Of a DNA stretch of 64,000 nucleotides, positions 1 through 10,638 are shown piece by piece. Under the pieces are notes generated by a model. That model was not told where the DNA came from. It did not search any database and saw only the letters and a program-made list of their open reading frames with translations. Source of the DNA: Escherichia coli (GTDB taxonomy: Bacteria; Pseudomonadota; Gammaproteobacteria; Enterobacterales; Enterobacteriaceae). The stretch is from assembly GCF_003018235.1 (NCBI RefSeq), contig NZ_CP027437.1; one strand, 5' to 3'. Each line of letters begins with the position of its first letter. The first letter of the stretch is position 1. The translations under genes were made by a program, and so were the position numbers.

Positions 1-604
1 TGCCACCATCTCCAGTACCGCCAACACGCTGCAAATCATCACGGTGGCCGCCATACCCCAGGCGATGCAAAACATCCAGAACAATGACTTCAAAGCGCGA
101 AGGAGAAACCTGCAATAAGTTTTCCAGAACCTCATCAGCCACCGCATCACGAAGCTCTTTTAGCGCCTGATCTAACCGATCGTCCGGGCTGCTCTTTGCA
201 AGTTCTTCATGATCGGGAGAGTCGGCTTTCGGATCTAAATCGACGGCATCCGGCCGTGACTTAAGTTTGACATTCACAAAATCGAAGGCCAGATGGTTCG
301 TCTCCTGCTCCGTCATTGGCTGGGGATGAGACGCAACCCAGTCAAAACCCGCAGGAGTCAGGCACCATTTGCCACGCGACAAACTTTGCGACAACCCGGC
401 ACGTTTTAAACGGTCATGCGCCCAGCCTGCACGATTTTTATAAACAAGTTGTCCGCTGGTAATGACTTTCGCTCGCTGGCTGTCATCCAGTCCTAATGCA
501 TCCGCGGCAGCCTCATGAACATCACGCGCGGCTGCACCTTCCGGTTTTGTCGCCAGATAACGCAGAACAGGTTCAATAAATTTGTCATAGGTTGGAACCG
601 TCAT
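1..604 (-). CDS. mrr: Mrr methyl-directed (type IV) restriction endonuclease, N-terminal ~201 codons only; the gene runs off the window start
   Basis: Reverse-complement translation from ATG at 604..602 reads MTVPTYDKFIEPVLRYLATKPEGAAARDV..., recognised as the Mrr N-terminus; divergent from hsdR as in the E. coli immigration control region. Confidence 0.85.
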   Translation of the reverse strand, partial: MTVPTYDKFIEPVLRYLATKPEGAAARDVHEAAADALGLDDSQRAKVITSGQLVYKNRAGWAHDRLKRAGLSQSLSRGKWCLTPAGFDWVASHPQPMTEQETNHLAFDFVNVKLKSRPDAVDLDPKADSPDHEELAKSSPDDRLDQALKELRDAVADEVLENLLQVSPSRFEVIVLDVLHRLGYGGHRDDLQRVGGTGDGG

Positions 605-791
605 AGTACATCCTTGCAGAATCAGGTAGATGTTTTTCGGCTACTATAACACTACCAAAATAGGCGAACACGTTAGAAATGAGTCAGTTGCTGTGACCGT
701 GGTCATTGCCCGGAAAGGTACAGAAAGCTAAGATGCGATGTTATGGGCCTTAAATATTTGGACAGGCCCACACAGCAATGGATTAATAACA

Positions 792-3700
792 ATGATGAAT
801 AAATCCAATTTTGAATTCCTGAAGGGCGTCAACGACTTCACTTATGCCATCGCCTGTGCGGCGGAAAATAACTACCCGGATGATCCCAACACGACGCTGA
901 TTAAAATGCGTATGTTTGGCGAAGCCACAGCGAAACATCTTGGTCTGTTACTCAACATCCCCCCTTGTGAGAATCAACACGATCTCCTGCGCGAACTCGG
1001 CAAAATCGCCTTCGTTGATGACAACATCCTCTCTGTATTTCACAAATTACGCCGCATTGGTAACCAGGCGGTGCACGAATATCACAACGATCTCGACGAT
1101 GCCCAGATGTGCCTGCGGCTCGGGTTCCGCTTGGCTGTCTGGTACTACCGTCTGGTCACCAAAGATTATGACTTCCCGGTGCCGGTATTTGTGTTGCCGG
1201 AACGTGGCGAAAACCTCTATCACCAGGAAGTGCTGACGCTAAAACAACAGCTTGAACAGCAGGCGCGAGAAAAAGCGCAGACTCAGGCAGAAGTCGAAGC
1301 GCAACAGCAGAAGCTGGTTGCCCTGAACGGCTATATCGCCATTCTGGAAGGCAAACAGCAGGAAACAGAAGCGCAAACCCAGGCTCGCCTTGCGGCGCTG
1401 GAAGCACAGCTTGCCGAGAAGAACGCGGAACTGGCAAAACAGACCGAACAGGAACGTAAGGCTTACCACAAAGAAATTACCGATCAGGCCATCAAGCGCG
1501 CACTCAACCTTAGCGAAGAAGAGAGCCGCTTCCTGATTGACGCGCAACTGCGTAAAGCAGGCTGGCAGGCCGATAGCAAAACCCTGCGCTTCTCCAAAGG
1601 CGCACGCCCGGAACCCGGCGTCAATAAAGCCATTGCCGAATGGCCGACCGGGAAAGATGAAACGGGTAATCAGGGCTTTGCGGATTATGTGCTGTTTGTC
1701 GGCCTCAAGCCCATCGCGGTGGTAGAGGCGAAACGTAAAAATATCGACGTTCCAGGCAAGCTCAATGAGTCTTATCGCTACAGCAAATGCTTCGATAATG
1801 GCTTCCTGCGGGAAACCTTGCTTGAGCACTACTCACCGGATGAAGTGCATGAAGCAGTGCCGGAGTATGAAACCAGCTGGCAGGACACCAGCGGCCAACA
1901 ACGGTTTAAAATCCCCTTCTGCTACTCGACCAACGGGCGCGAATACCGCGCAGCAATGAAGACCAAAAGCGGCATCTGGTATCGCGACGTGCGTGATACC
2001 CGCAATATGTCGAAAGCCTTACCCGAGTGGCACCGCCCGGAAGAGCTGCTGGAAATGCTCGGCAGTGAACCGCAAAAACAGAATCAGTGGTTTGCCGATA
2101 ACCCTGGTATGAGCGAGCTGGGTCTGCGTTATTATCAGGAAGATGCCGTCCGCGCGGTTGAAAAGGCTATCGTCAAGGGCCAACAAGAGATCCTACTGGC
2201 GATGGCGACCGGTACCGGTAAAACCCGTACGGCAATCGCCATGATGTTCCGCCTGATCCAGTCCCAACGTTTTAAACGCATTCTCTTCCTTGTGGATCGC
2301 CGCTCTCTTGGCGAGCAGGCGCTGGGGGCGTTTGAAGATACGCGTATTAACGGCGACACCTTCAACAGCATTTTCGACATTAAAGGTCTGACGGATAAAT
2401 TCCCGGAAGACAGCACAAAAATTCACGTTGCCACCGTACAGTCGCTGGTGAAACGCACCCTGCAATCAGATGAACCGATGCCGGTGGCCCGTTACGACTG
2501 TATCGTCGTTGACGAAGCGCATCGCGGCTATATTCTCGATAAAGAGCAGACCGAAGGCGAGCTGCAGTTCCGCAGCCAGCTGGATTACGTTTCTGCCTAC
2601 CGTCGCATTCTCGATCACTTCGATGCGGTAAAAATCGCCCTCACCGCCACCCCGGCGCTGCATACGGTGCAGATTTTCGGCGAGCCGGTTTACCGTTACA
2701 CCTACCGTACCGCGGTTATCGACGGTTTTCTGATCGACCAGGATCCGCCGATTCAGATCACCACCCGCAACGCACAGGAAGGGGTTTATCTCTCCAAGGG
2801 CGAACAGGTAGAGCGCATCAGCCCGCAGGGAGAAGTGATCAACGATACCCTGGAAGACGATCAGGATTTTGAGGTCGCCGACTTTAACCGAGGCCTGGTG
2901 ATCCCGGCGTTTAACCGCGCCGTCTGTAACGAACTCACCAACTACCTTGATCCGACCGGGTCACAAAAAACGCTGGTCTTCTGCGTCACCAATGCCCATG
3001 CCGATATGGTGGTGGAAGAGCTGCGTACCGCATTCAAGAAAAAGTATCCGCAACTGGAGCACGACGCGATCATCAAGATCACCGGTGATGCCGATAAAGA
3101 CGCGCGCAAAGTGCAGACCATGATCACCCGTTTCAATAAAGAGCGGCTGCCCAATATCGTGGTAACCGTCGACCTGCTGACGACCGGTGTCGATATTCCG
3201 TCGATCTGTAATATCGTGTTCCTGCGTAAAGTACGCAGCCGCATTCTGTACGAACAGATGAAAGGCCGCGCCACGCGCTTATGCCCGGAGGTGAATAAAA
3301 CCAGCTTTAAGATTTTTGACTGTGTCGATATTTACAGCACGCTGGAGAGCGTCGACACCATGCGTCCGGTGGTGGTGCGCCCGAAGGTGGAACTGCAAAC
3401 GCTGGTCAATGAAATTACCGATTCAGAAACCTATAAAATCACCGAAGCGGATGGCCGTAGCTTTGCCGAGCACAGCCATGAACAACTGGTGGCGAAGCTC
3501 CAGCGCATCATCGGCCTGGCCACATTTAACCGTGACCGCAGCGAAACGATAGATAAACAGGTGCGTCGTCTGGATGAGCTATGCCAGGACGCGGCGGGAG
3601 TGAACTTTAACGGCTTCGCCTCGCGCCTGCGGGAAAAAGGGCCGCACTGGAGCGCCGAAGTCTTTAACAAACTGCCTGGCTTTATCGCCCGTCTGGAAAA

Positions 3701-4304
3701 GCTGAAAACCGACATCAACAACCTGAATGATGCGCCGATCTTCCTCGATATCGACGATGAAGTGGTGAGCGTAAAATCGTTGTACGGTGATTACGACACG
3801 CCGCAGGATTTCCTCGAAGCCTTTGACTCGCTGGTGCAACGTTCCCCGAACGCACAGCCGGCATTGCAGGCGGTGATCAATCGCCCGCGCGATCTCACCC
3901 GTAAAGGGCTGGTCGAACTCCAGGAGTGGTTTGACCGCCAGCACTTTGAGGAATCTTCCCTGCGCAAAGCGTGGAAAGAGACGCGTAATGAAGATATTGC
4001 CGCCCGGCTGATTGGTCATATTCGCCGTGCTGCGGTAGGCGATGCGCTGAAACCGTTTGAGGAACGTGTCGATCACGCGCTGACGCGCATCAAGGGCGAA
4101 AACGACTGGAGCAGCGAGCAATTAAGCTGGCTCGATCGTTTAGCGCAGGCGCTGAAAGAGAAAGTGGTGCTCGACGACGATGTCTTCAAAACCGGCAACT
4201 TCCACCGTCGCGGCGGGAAGGCGATGCTGCAAAGAACCTTTGACGATAATCTCGACAACCTGCTCGATAAATTCAGCGATTATATCTGGGACGAGCTGGC
4301 CTGA
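792..4304 (+). CDS. hsdR: Type I restriction enzyme R subunit (HsdR), type IA family
   Basis: ORF 738..4304; likely true start at the MMNKSNFEFLKG methionines (792); DEAD-box helicase motifs (AMATGTGKT, VVDEAH); followed by hsdM and hsdS. Confidence 0.95.
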   Translation: MMNKSNFEFLKGVNDFTYAIACAAENNYPDDPNTTLIKMRMFGEATAKHLGLLLNIPPCENQHDLLRELGKIAFVDDNILSVFHKLRRIGNQAVHEYHNDLDDAQMCLRLGFRLAVWYYRLVTKDYDFPVPVFVLPERGENLYHQEVLTLKQQLEQQAREKAQTQAEVEAQQQKLVALNGYIAILEGKQQETEAQTQARLAALEAQLAEKNAELAKQTEQERKAYHKEITDQAIKRALNLSEEESRFLIDAQLRKAGWQADSKTLRFSKGARPEPGVNKAIAEWPTGKDETGNQGFADYVLFVGLKPIAVVEAKRKNIDVPGKLNESYRYSKCFDNGFLRETLLEHYSPDEVHEAVPEYETSWQDTSGQQRFKIPFCYSTNGREYRAAMKTKSGIWYRDVRDTRNMSKALPEWHRPEELLEMLGSEPQKQNQWFADNPGMSELGLRYYQEDAVRAVEKAIVKGQQEILLAMATGTGKTRTAIAMMFRLIQSQRFKRILFLVDRRSLGEQALGAFEDTRINGDTFNSIFDIKGLTDKFPEDSTKIHVATVQSLVKRTLQSDEPMPVARYDCIVVDEAHRGYILDKEQTEGELQFRSQLDYVSAYRRILDHFDAVKIALTATPALHTVQIFGEPVYRYTYRTAVIDGFLIDQDPPIQITTRNAQEGVYLSKGEQVERISPQGEVINDTLEDDQDFEVADFNRGLVIPAFNRAVCNELTNYLDPTGSQKTLVFCVTNAHADMVVEELRTAFKKKYPQLEHDAIIKITGDADKDARKVQTMITRFNKERLPNIVVTVDLLTTGVDIPSICNIVFLRKVRSRILYEQMKGRATRLCPEVNKTSFKIFDCVDIYSTLESVDTMRPVVVRPKVELQTLVNEITDSETYKITEADGRSFAEHSHEQLVAKLQRIIGLATFNRDRSETIDKQVRRLDELCQDAAGVNFNGFASRLREKGPHWSAEVFNKLPGFIARLEKLKTDINNLNDAPIFLDIDDEVVSVKSLYGDYDTPQDFLEAFDSLVQRSPNAQPALQAVINRPRDLTRKGLVELQEWFDRQHFEESSLRKAWKETRNEDIAARLIGHIRRAAVGDALKPFEERVDHALTRIKGENDWSSEQLSWLDRLAQALKEKVVLDDDVFKTGNFHRRGGKAMLQRTFDDNLDNLLDKFSDYIWDELA

Positions 4305-4505
4305 CACGTATACACTTCATCCTTCAGGCTGCCTCTGCGTTGGCTGCGCTCGTTCACCCCGGTCACGTACTTCTGTACGCTCCCGGGGATTCACTCACTT
4401 GCCGCCTTGATGCAACCTGAATGATTTTGTGTATATTACCCTCGGCAATTTCTTCTTCTACGGCCCCAAACAATGCGGGCCGTTGTTTAATTTACGGAAC
4501 TCACA

Positions 4506-6095
4506 ATGAACAATAACGATCTGGTCGCGAAGCTGTGGAAGCTGTGCGACAACCTGCGCGATGGCGGCGTTTCCTATCAAAACTACGTCAATGAACTCGC
4601 CTCGCTGCTGTTTTTGAAAATGTGTAAAGAGACCGGGCAGGAAGCGGAATACCTGCCGGAAGGTTACCGCTGGGATGACCTGAAATCCCGCATCGGCCAG
4701 GAGCAGTTGCAGTTCTACCGAAAAATGCTCGTGCATTTAGGCGAAGATGACAAAAAGCTGGTACAGGCAGTTTTTCATAATGTTAGTACCACCATCACCG
4801 AGCCGAAACAAATAACCGCACTGGTCAGCAATATGGATTCACTGGACTGGTACAACGGCGCGCACGGTAAGTCGCGCGATGACTTCGGCGATATGTACGA
4901 AGGGCTGCTGCAGAAGAACGCCAACGAAACCAAGTCTGGTGCAGGCCAGTACTTCACCCCGCGTCCGCTGATTAAAACCATTATTCATCTGCTGAAACCG
5001 CAGCCACGTGAAGTGGTACAGGACCCGGCAGCGGGTACGGCGGGCTTTTTGATTGAAGCCGACCGCTACGTTAAGTCGCAGACCAATGATCTGGACGACC
5101 TTGATGGCGACACGCAGGATTTCCAAATCCACCGCGCGTTTATCGGCCTCGAACTGGTGCCCGGCACCCGTCGTCTGGCGCTGATGAACTGCCTGCTGCA
5201 CGATATTGAAGGCAACCTCGACCACGGCGGCGCAATCCGTCTGGGCAACACTCTGGGTAGCGACGGTGAAAACCTGCCGAAGGCGCATATTGTCGCCACT
5301 AACCCGCCGTTTGGCAGCGCCGCAGGCACCAACATTACCCGCACCTTTGTTCACCCGACCAGCAACAAACAGTTGTGCTTTATGCAGCATATTATTGAAA
5401 CGCTGCATCCCGGCGGTCGTGCGGCGGTGGTTGTGCCGGATAACGTGCTGTTTGAAGGCGGCAAAGGCACCGACATTCGTCGTGACCTGATGGATAAGTG
5501 TCATCTGCACACCATTCTGCGTCTGCCGACCGGTATTTTTTACGCTCAGGGCGTGAAGACCAACGTGCTGTTCTTTACCAAAGGGACGGTGGCGAACCCG
5601 AATCAGGATAAGAACTGTACCGATGATGTGTGGGTGTATGACCTGCGTACCAATATGCCGAGTTTCGGCAAGCGCACGCCGTTTACCGACGAGCATTTGC
5701 AGCCGTTTGAGCGCGTGTATGGCGAAGACCCGCACGGTTTAAGCCCGCGTACTGAAGGAGAATGGAGTTTTAACGCCGAAGAGACGGAAGTTGCCGACAG
5801 CGAAGAGAACAAAAATACCGATCAGCATCTTGCTACCAGCCGCTGGCGCAAGTTCAGCCGTGAGTGGATCCGCACCGCGAAATCCGATTCGCTGGATATC
5901 TCCTGGCTGAAAGATAAAGACAGTATTGATGCCGACAACCTGCCGGAGCCGGATGTGTTAGCGGCAGAAGCGATGGGCGAACTGGTACAGGCGCTGTCTG
6001 AACTGGATGCGCTGATGCGTGAACTGGGGGCGAGCGATGAGGCGGATGCGCAGCGCCAGTTGCTGGAAGAAGCATTTGGTGGGGTGAAGGAATGA
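4506..6095 (+). CDS. hsdM: Type I restriction-modification N6-adenine DNA methyltransferase M subunit (HsdM)
   Basis: 529-aa ORF with the NPPF catalytic motif (ATNPPFGSA) and an AdoMet-binding region; stop overlaps the hsdS start (ATGA). Confidence 0.95.
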   Translation: MNNNDLVAKLWKLCDNLRDGGVSYQNYVNELASLLFLKMCKETGQEAEYLPEGYRWDDLKSRIGQEQLQFYRKMLVHLGEDDKKLVQAVFHNVSTTITEPKQITALVSNMDSLDWYNGAHGKSRDDFGDMYEGLLQKNANETKSGAGQYFTPRPLIKTIIHLLKPQPREVVQDPAAGTAGFLIEADRYVKSQTNDLDDLDGDTQDFQIHRAFIGLELVPGTRRLALMNCLLHDIEGNLDHGGAIRLGNTLGSDGENLPKAHIVATNPPFGSAAGTNITRTFVHPTSNKQLCFMQHIIETLHPGGRAAVVVPDNVLFEGGKGTDIRRDLMDKCHLHTILRLPTGIFYAQGVKTNVLFFTKGTVANPNQDKNCTDDVWVYDLRTNMPSFGKRTPFTDEHLQPFERVYGEDPHGLSPRTEGEWSFNAEETEVADSEENKNTDQHLATSRWRKFSREWIRTAKSDSLDISWLKDKDSIDADNLPEPDVLAAEAMGELVQALSELDALMRELGASDEADAQRQLLEEAFGGVKE

Positions 6096-7459
6096 GTGCT
6101 GGGAAATTGCCGGAGGGGTGGGAACAGATTGAAATAGGCGACATTGCTGATGTCATCTCTGGTGGGACACCAAAATCGGGAGTCGCTGAAAATTTTGCAC
6201 CTTCGGGTGAGGGAGTCGCCTGGCTTACGCCTGCCGATTTGAGCGGTTATAAAGAGAAATATATCTCACATGGTGCCAGAGATTTAACTACACTAGGCTA
6301 TTCCTCTTGTTCAGCAAAACTAATGCCCAAAGGCACTATACTTTTTAGTAGCCGGGCACCGATTGGATATGTTGCTATTGCTGCAAATGAGATTGCGACT
6401 AACCAGGGTTTCAAAAGTTTTGCTTTTCCTTCAGACATTTTTCCTGATTATGCATATTACTTTCTCCGCAACATCAGACATATTGCAGAGGAAATGGGCA
6501 CAGGAACAACTTTTAAAGAAATTTCTGGTAGTTCTGCGAAAACATTACCATTTGTTCTTGTACCGTTTGCCGAACAAAAAATCATCGCTGAAAAACTCGA
6601 TACGCTGCTGGCACAGGTAGACAGCACCAAAGCACGTCTTGAGCAAATCCCACAAATCCTGAAACGTTTTCGTCAGGCGGTTCTGGGTGCAGCGGTGAGA
6701 GGAAAACTAACTGAAGACTGGAGAGATAATTCAAGCCTGTCTGGGTGGAGAGAAGGCAAACTTGGGGAGTTTATAAAAAAACCAAGTTACGGAACGTCAT
6801 CTAAGTCTAATAAAGAAGGACTCATTCCTGTATTAAGAATGGGCAATCTTCAGGGAGGAAAGTTGGACTGGACGGATCTAGTCTATACGTCAGATACCAT
6901 AGAAATTGAAAAGTATAAACTTGAGTACAATGATGTATTATTCAATCGTACAAATAGTCCTGAACTTGTCGGGAAAACAGCCATATATAAATCAGAGCAA
7001 CCAGCTATTTATGCAGGTTATTTGATTAGGGTTCAATGTTTACCTGATTTAAACCCTGACTATCTTAACTACCATTTAAATAGCATTTTGGGGAGACAAT
7101 ATTGCTATTCAGTTAAATCTGATGGGGTCAGTCAATCAAATATTAATGCACAGAAATTAATTGCATACCCAATAACTGTTCCCCCCCTTCCCGAACAAGC
7201 TGAAATCGTTCGCCGCGTCGAGCAACTCTTCGCCTACGCCGACACAATAGAAAAACAGGTCAACAACGCCTTAGCCCGCGTCAACAATCTGACGCAATCC
7301 ATCCTGGCAAAAGCGTTCCGTGGTGAACTCACCGCCCAGTGGCGGGCCGAAAACCCGGAATTAATCAGCGGTGAAAACAGCGCCGCCGCGTTGCTGGAGA
7401 AAATCAAAGCTGAACGCGCAGCCAGCGGGGGTAAAAAAGCCTCGCGTAAAAAGTCCTGA
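6092..7459 (+). CDS. hsdS: Type I restriction-modification specificity subunit (HsdS) with two variable target-recognition domains
   Basis: 455-aa ORF; conserved N-terminus MSAGKLPEGW, central block AEQKIIAEKLDTLLAQVDSTKAR and C-terminal block EQAEIVRRVEQLFAYADTIEKQVNNALARVNNLTQSILAKAFRGELTAQWRAEN are typical of type IA HsdS; the two intervening domains are AT-rich and divergent. Confidence 0.93.
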   Translation: MSAGKLPEGWEQIEIGDIADVISGGTPKSGVAENFAPSGEGVAWLTPADLSGYKEKYISHGARDLTTLGYSSCSAKLMPKGTILFSSRAPIGYVAIAANEIATNQGFKSFAFPSDIFPDYAYYFLRNIRHIAEEMGTGTTFKEISGSSAKTLPFVLVPFAEQKIIAEKLDTLLAQVDSTKARLEQIPQILKRFRQAVLGAAVRGKLTEDWRDNSSLSGWREGKLGEFIKKPSYGTSSKSNKEGLIPVLRMGNLQGGKLDWTDLVYTSDTIEIEKYKLEYNDVLFNRTNSPELVGKTAIYKSEQPAIYAGYLIRVQCLPDLNPDYLNYHLNSILGRQYCYSVKSDGVSQSNINAQKLIAYPITVPPLPEQAEIVRRVEQLFAYADTIEKQVNNALARVNNLTQSILAKAFRGELTAQWRAENPELISGENSAAALLEKIKAERAASGGKKASRKKS

Positions 7460-7594
7460 TCATTATTTTCTGGCGCACCTTTCTGGTGCGCTATTTATTA
7501 TTTTTACGCCAATCATAACTCACACAAATATATTTAAATCGTTCCAGAAACTTCCCATTTTATTCTATTTTTAGCTGGACTTTCCCTGTATTTA

Positions 7595-7610
7595 CTGATG
7601 ATATATCCAG
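7595..7610. promoter_or_regulatory. Candidate LexA box (CTG-N10-CAG, AT-rich centre) upstream of symE
   Basis: Sequence CTGATGATATATCCAG lies ~80 bp upstream of the symE start; symE is known to be SOS-regulated. Confidence 0.5.
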
Positions 7611-7614
7611 GTAT

Positions 7615-7697
7615 TTAGCGCGATGCGGATGTGCGCCAACACACCCGCACCGCTCATCACAATCACTATTTATGGAGAATAGTAATCATGACTGACA
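7615..7697 (-). ncRNA. symR: SymR antisense sRNA overlapping the symE 5' UTR and start codon (approximate boundaries)
   Basis: Position antisense to the symE translation start, matching the known symE/symR arrangement; boundaries not determinable from sequence alone. Confidence 0.4.
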
Positions 7698-8029
7698 CGC
7701 ATTCTATTGCACAACCGTTCGAAGCAGAAGTCTCCCCGGCAAATAACCGTCAATTAACCGTGAGTTATGCGAGTCGCTACCCGGATTACAGCCGTATTCC
7801 CGCCATCACCCTGAAAGGTCAGTGGCTGGAAGCCGCCGGTTTTGCCACTGGCACGGCGATAGATGTCAAAGTGATGGAAGGCTGTATTGTCCTCACCGCC
7901 CAACCCCCCGCCGCCGAAGAGAGCGAACTGATGCAGTCGCTTCGCCAGGTGTGCAAGCTGTCGGCGCGTAAACAAAGGCAGGTGCAGGAGTTTATTGGAG
8001 TGATTGCCGGTAAACAGAAAGTCGCGTAA
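7688..8029 (+). CDS. symE: SymE, SOS-induced toxin-like protein
   Basis: ORF 7631..8029; true start most likely ATG at 7688 ([15 protein letters not shown]...), giving 113 aa; sits between hsdS and mcrB. Confidence 0.85.
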   Translation: MTDTHSIAQPFEAEVSPANNRQLTVSYASRYPDYSRIPAITLKGQWLEAAGFATGTAIDVKVMEGCIVLTAQPPAAEESELMQSLRQVCKLSARKQRQVQEFIGVIAGKQKVA

Positions 8030-8190
8030 CAGCGTTTACTCCCGGTTAACCACCGGGAGCTTTCCACTGACTCAATAGAAACTTTCCCCCTCAGTAAATA
8101 TTTACCTGCCTGATTGTGCAGTAAAAATCTATTGTTTCAGTACGTTGCGAAAGCGATAATAGAGGCTTAGCAATGAGGAAGGCACATCTT

Positions 8191-9570
8191 ATGGAATCAA
8201 TTCAAGCCTGGATTGAAAAATTTATTGAGCAAGCACAGCAACAAAGTTCACAATCCACTAAAGATTATCCAACGTCTTACCGTAACCTGCGAGTAAAAGT
8301 GAGTTTCGGTTATGGCAATTTTACATCTATTCCCTGGTTTGCATTTCTTGGAGAAGGTCAGGAAGTTTCTAACGGTATATATCCCGTTATTCTCTATTAT
8401 AAAGATTTTGATGAGTTGGTTTTGGCTTATGGTATAAGTGACACGAATAAACCACATGCCCAATGGCACTTTTCTTCTGACATACCTAAAACAATCGCAG
8501 AGTATTTCCAGGCAACTTCAGGTGTATATCCTAAAAAATACGGACAGTCCTATTACGCCTGTTCCCAAAAAGTCTCACAGGGTCTTGATTATACCCGGCT
8601 TGCCTCCATGCTGGACAACATAATCAACGACTATAAATTAATATTTAATTCTGGCAAGAGTGTTATTCCACCTATGTCAAAAACTGAATCATACTGTCTG
8701 GAAGATGCGTTAAATGATTTGTTTATCCCTGAAACCACAATAGAGACGATACTCAAACGATTAACCATCAAAAAAAATATTATCCTCCAGGGGCCGCCCG
8801 GCGTTGGAAAAACCTTTGTTGCACGCCGTCTGGCTTACTTGCTGACAGGAGAAAAGGCTCCGCAACGCGTCAATATGGTTCAGTTCCATCAATCTTATAG
8901 CTATGAGGATTTTATACAGGGCTATCGTCCGAATGGCGTCGGCTTCCGACGTAAAGACGGCATATTTTACAATTTTTGTCAGCAAGCTAAAGAGCAGCCA
9001 GAGAAAAAGTATATTTTTATTATAGATGAAATCAATCGTGCCAATCTCAGTAAAGTATTTGGCGAAGTGATGATGTTAATGGAACATGATAAACGAGGTG
9101 AAAACTGGTCTGTTCCCCTAACCTACTCCGAAAACGATGAAGAACGATTCTATGTCCCGGAGAATGTTTATATCATCGGTTTAATGAATACTGCCGATCG
9201 CTCTCTGGCCGTTGTTGACTATGCCCTACGCAGACGATTTTCTTTCATAGATATTGAGCCAGGTTTTGATACACCACAGTTCCGGAATTTTTTACTGAAT
9301 AAAAAAGCAGAACCTTCATTTGTTGAGTCTTTATGCCAAAAAATGAACGAGTTAAACCAGGAAATCAGCAAAGAGGCCACTATCCTTGGGAAAGGATTCC
9401 GCATTGGGCATAGTTACTTCTGCTGTGGGTTGGAAGATGGCACCTCTCCGGATACGCAATGGCTTAATGAAATTGTGATGACGGATATCGCCCCTTTACT
9501 CGAAGAATATTTCTTTGATGACCCCTATAAACAACAGAAATGGACCAACAAATTATTAGGGGACTCATAG
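8191..9570 (+). CDS. mcrB: McrB, GTP-dependent 5-methylcytosine-specific restriction enzyme subunit B (AAA+ GTPase)
   Basis: ORF 8173..9570; start MESIQAWIEKF at 8191 preceded by AGGAAGG; Walker A LQGPPGVGKTF; 459 aa. Confidence 0.93.
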   Translation: MESIQAWIEKFIEQAQQQSSQSTKDYPTSYRNLRVKVSFGYGNFTSIPWFAFLGEGQEVSNGIYPVILYYKDFDELVLAYGISDTNKPHAQWHFSSDIPKTIAEYFQATSGVYPKKYGQSYYACSQKVSQGLDYTRLASMLDNIINDYKLIFNSGKSVIPPMSKTESYCLEDALNDLFIPETTIETILKRLTIKKNIILQGPPGVGKTFVARRLAYLLTGEKAPQRVNMVQFHQSYSYEDFIQGYRPNGVGFRRKDGIFYNFCQQAKEQPEKKYIFIIDEINRANLSKVFGEVMMLMEHDKRGENWSVPLTYSENDEERFYVPENVYIIGLMNTADRSLAVVDYALRRRFSFIDIEPGFDTPQFRNFLLNKKAEPSFVESLCQKMNELNQEISKEATILGKGFRIGHSYFCCGLEDGTSPDTQWLNEIVMTDIAPLLEEYFFDDPYKQQKWTNKLLGDS

Positions 9571-10616
9571 TGGAACAGCCCGTGATACCTGTCCGTAATA
9601 TCTATTACATGCTTACCTATGCATGGGGTTATTTACAGGAAATTAAGCAGGCAAACCTTGAAGCCATACCCGGTAACAATCTTCTTGATATCCTGGGGTA
9701 TGTATTAAATAAAGGGGTTTTACAGCTTTCACGCCGAGGGCTTGAGCTTGATTACAATCCTAATACCGAGATCATTCCTGGCATCAAAGGGCGAATAGAG
9801 TTTGCTAAAACAATACGCGGCTTCCATCTTAATCATGGGAAAACCGTCAGTACTTTTGATATGCTTAATGAAGACACGCTGGCTAACCGAATTATAAAAA
9901 GCACATTAGCCATATTAATTAAGCATGAAAAGTTAAATTCAACTATCAGAGATGAAGCTCGTTCACTTTATAGAAAATTACCGGGCATTAGCACTCTTCA
10001 TTTAACTCCGAAGCATTTCAGCTATCTGAACGGCGGAAAAAATACGCGTTATTATAAATTCGTTATCAGTGTCTGCAAGTTCATCGTCAATAATTCTATT
10101 CCAGGTCAAAACAAAGGACATTATCGTTTCTATGAATTTGAAAGAAATGAAAAAGAGATGTCATTACTTTATCAAAATTTTCTTTTTGAATTTTGCCGTC
10201 GTGAATTACCATCTGTAAATACAACTCGCCCACATTTAAAATGGGATGCATCAAGCATATCGGATCAATCACTTAGCTTGTTACCTCGAATGGAAACTGA
10301 CATCACCATTAACTCATCAGGGAAAATACTTATCGTTGATGCCAAATACTATAAAAGCATTTTTTCACGACGAATGGGTACAGAAAAGTTTCATTCTCAA
10401 AATCTATATCAACTGATGAGTTACTTATGGTCGTTAAAGCCTGAAAATGGCGAAAAAACAGGGGGGTTATTAATATACCCACACGTAGACACCTCAGTGA
10501 AACATCGTTATAAAATTAATGGCTTCGATATTGGCTTGTGTACCGTCAATTTAGGTCAGGAATGGCCGTGTATACATCAAGAATTACTCGACATTTTCGG
10601 TGAATATCTCAAATAA
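9570..10616 (+). CDS. mcrC: McrC, nuclease subunit of the McrBC restriction system
   Basis: ORF 9540..10616; probable GTG start at 9570 (VEQPVIPVRNIYYMLTYAWGYLQ) overlapping the mcrB stop by 1 nt; 348 aa. Confidence 0.9.
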   Translation: MEQPVIPVRNIYYMLTYAWGYLQEIKQANLEAIPGNNLLDILGYVLNKGVLQLSRRGLELDYNPNTEIIPGIKGRIEFAKTIRGFHLNHGKTVSTFDMLNEDTLANRIIKSTLAILIKHEKLNSTIRDEARSLYRKLPGISTLHLTPKHFSYLNGGKNTRYYKFVISVCKFIVNNSIPGQNKGHYRFYEFERNEKEMSLLYQNFLFEFCRRELPSVNTTRPHLKWDASSISDQSLSLLPRMETDITINSSGKILIVDAKYYKSIFSRRMGTEKFHSQNLYQLMSYLWSLKPENGEKTGGLLIYPHVDTSVKHRYKINGFDIGLCTVNLGQEWPCIHQELLDIFGEYLK

Positions 10617-10638
10617 GCGGTAAGTTTTATAGAAAATA

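Noticed and set aside
1239-1829. 196-aa minus-strand ORF inside hsdR (similar cases at 3579..4121, 4839..5735, 27518..28246, 50224..51240, 52249..52827, 23670..24008)
   Set aside because: Long antisense ORFs fully embedded in well-supported genes; their translations are low-complexity and R/G/A-rich, the usual artefact of GC-rich coding sequence read on the opposite strand.
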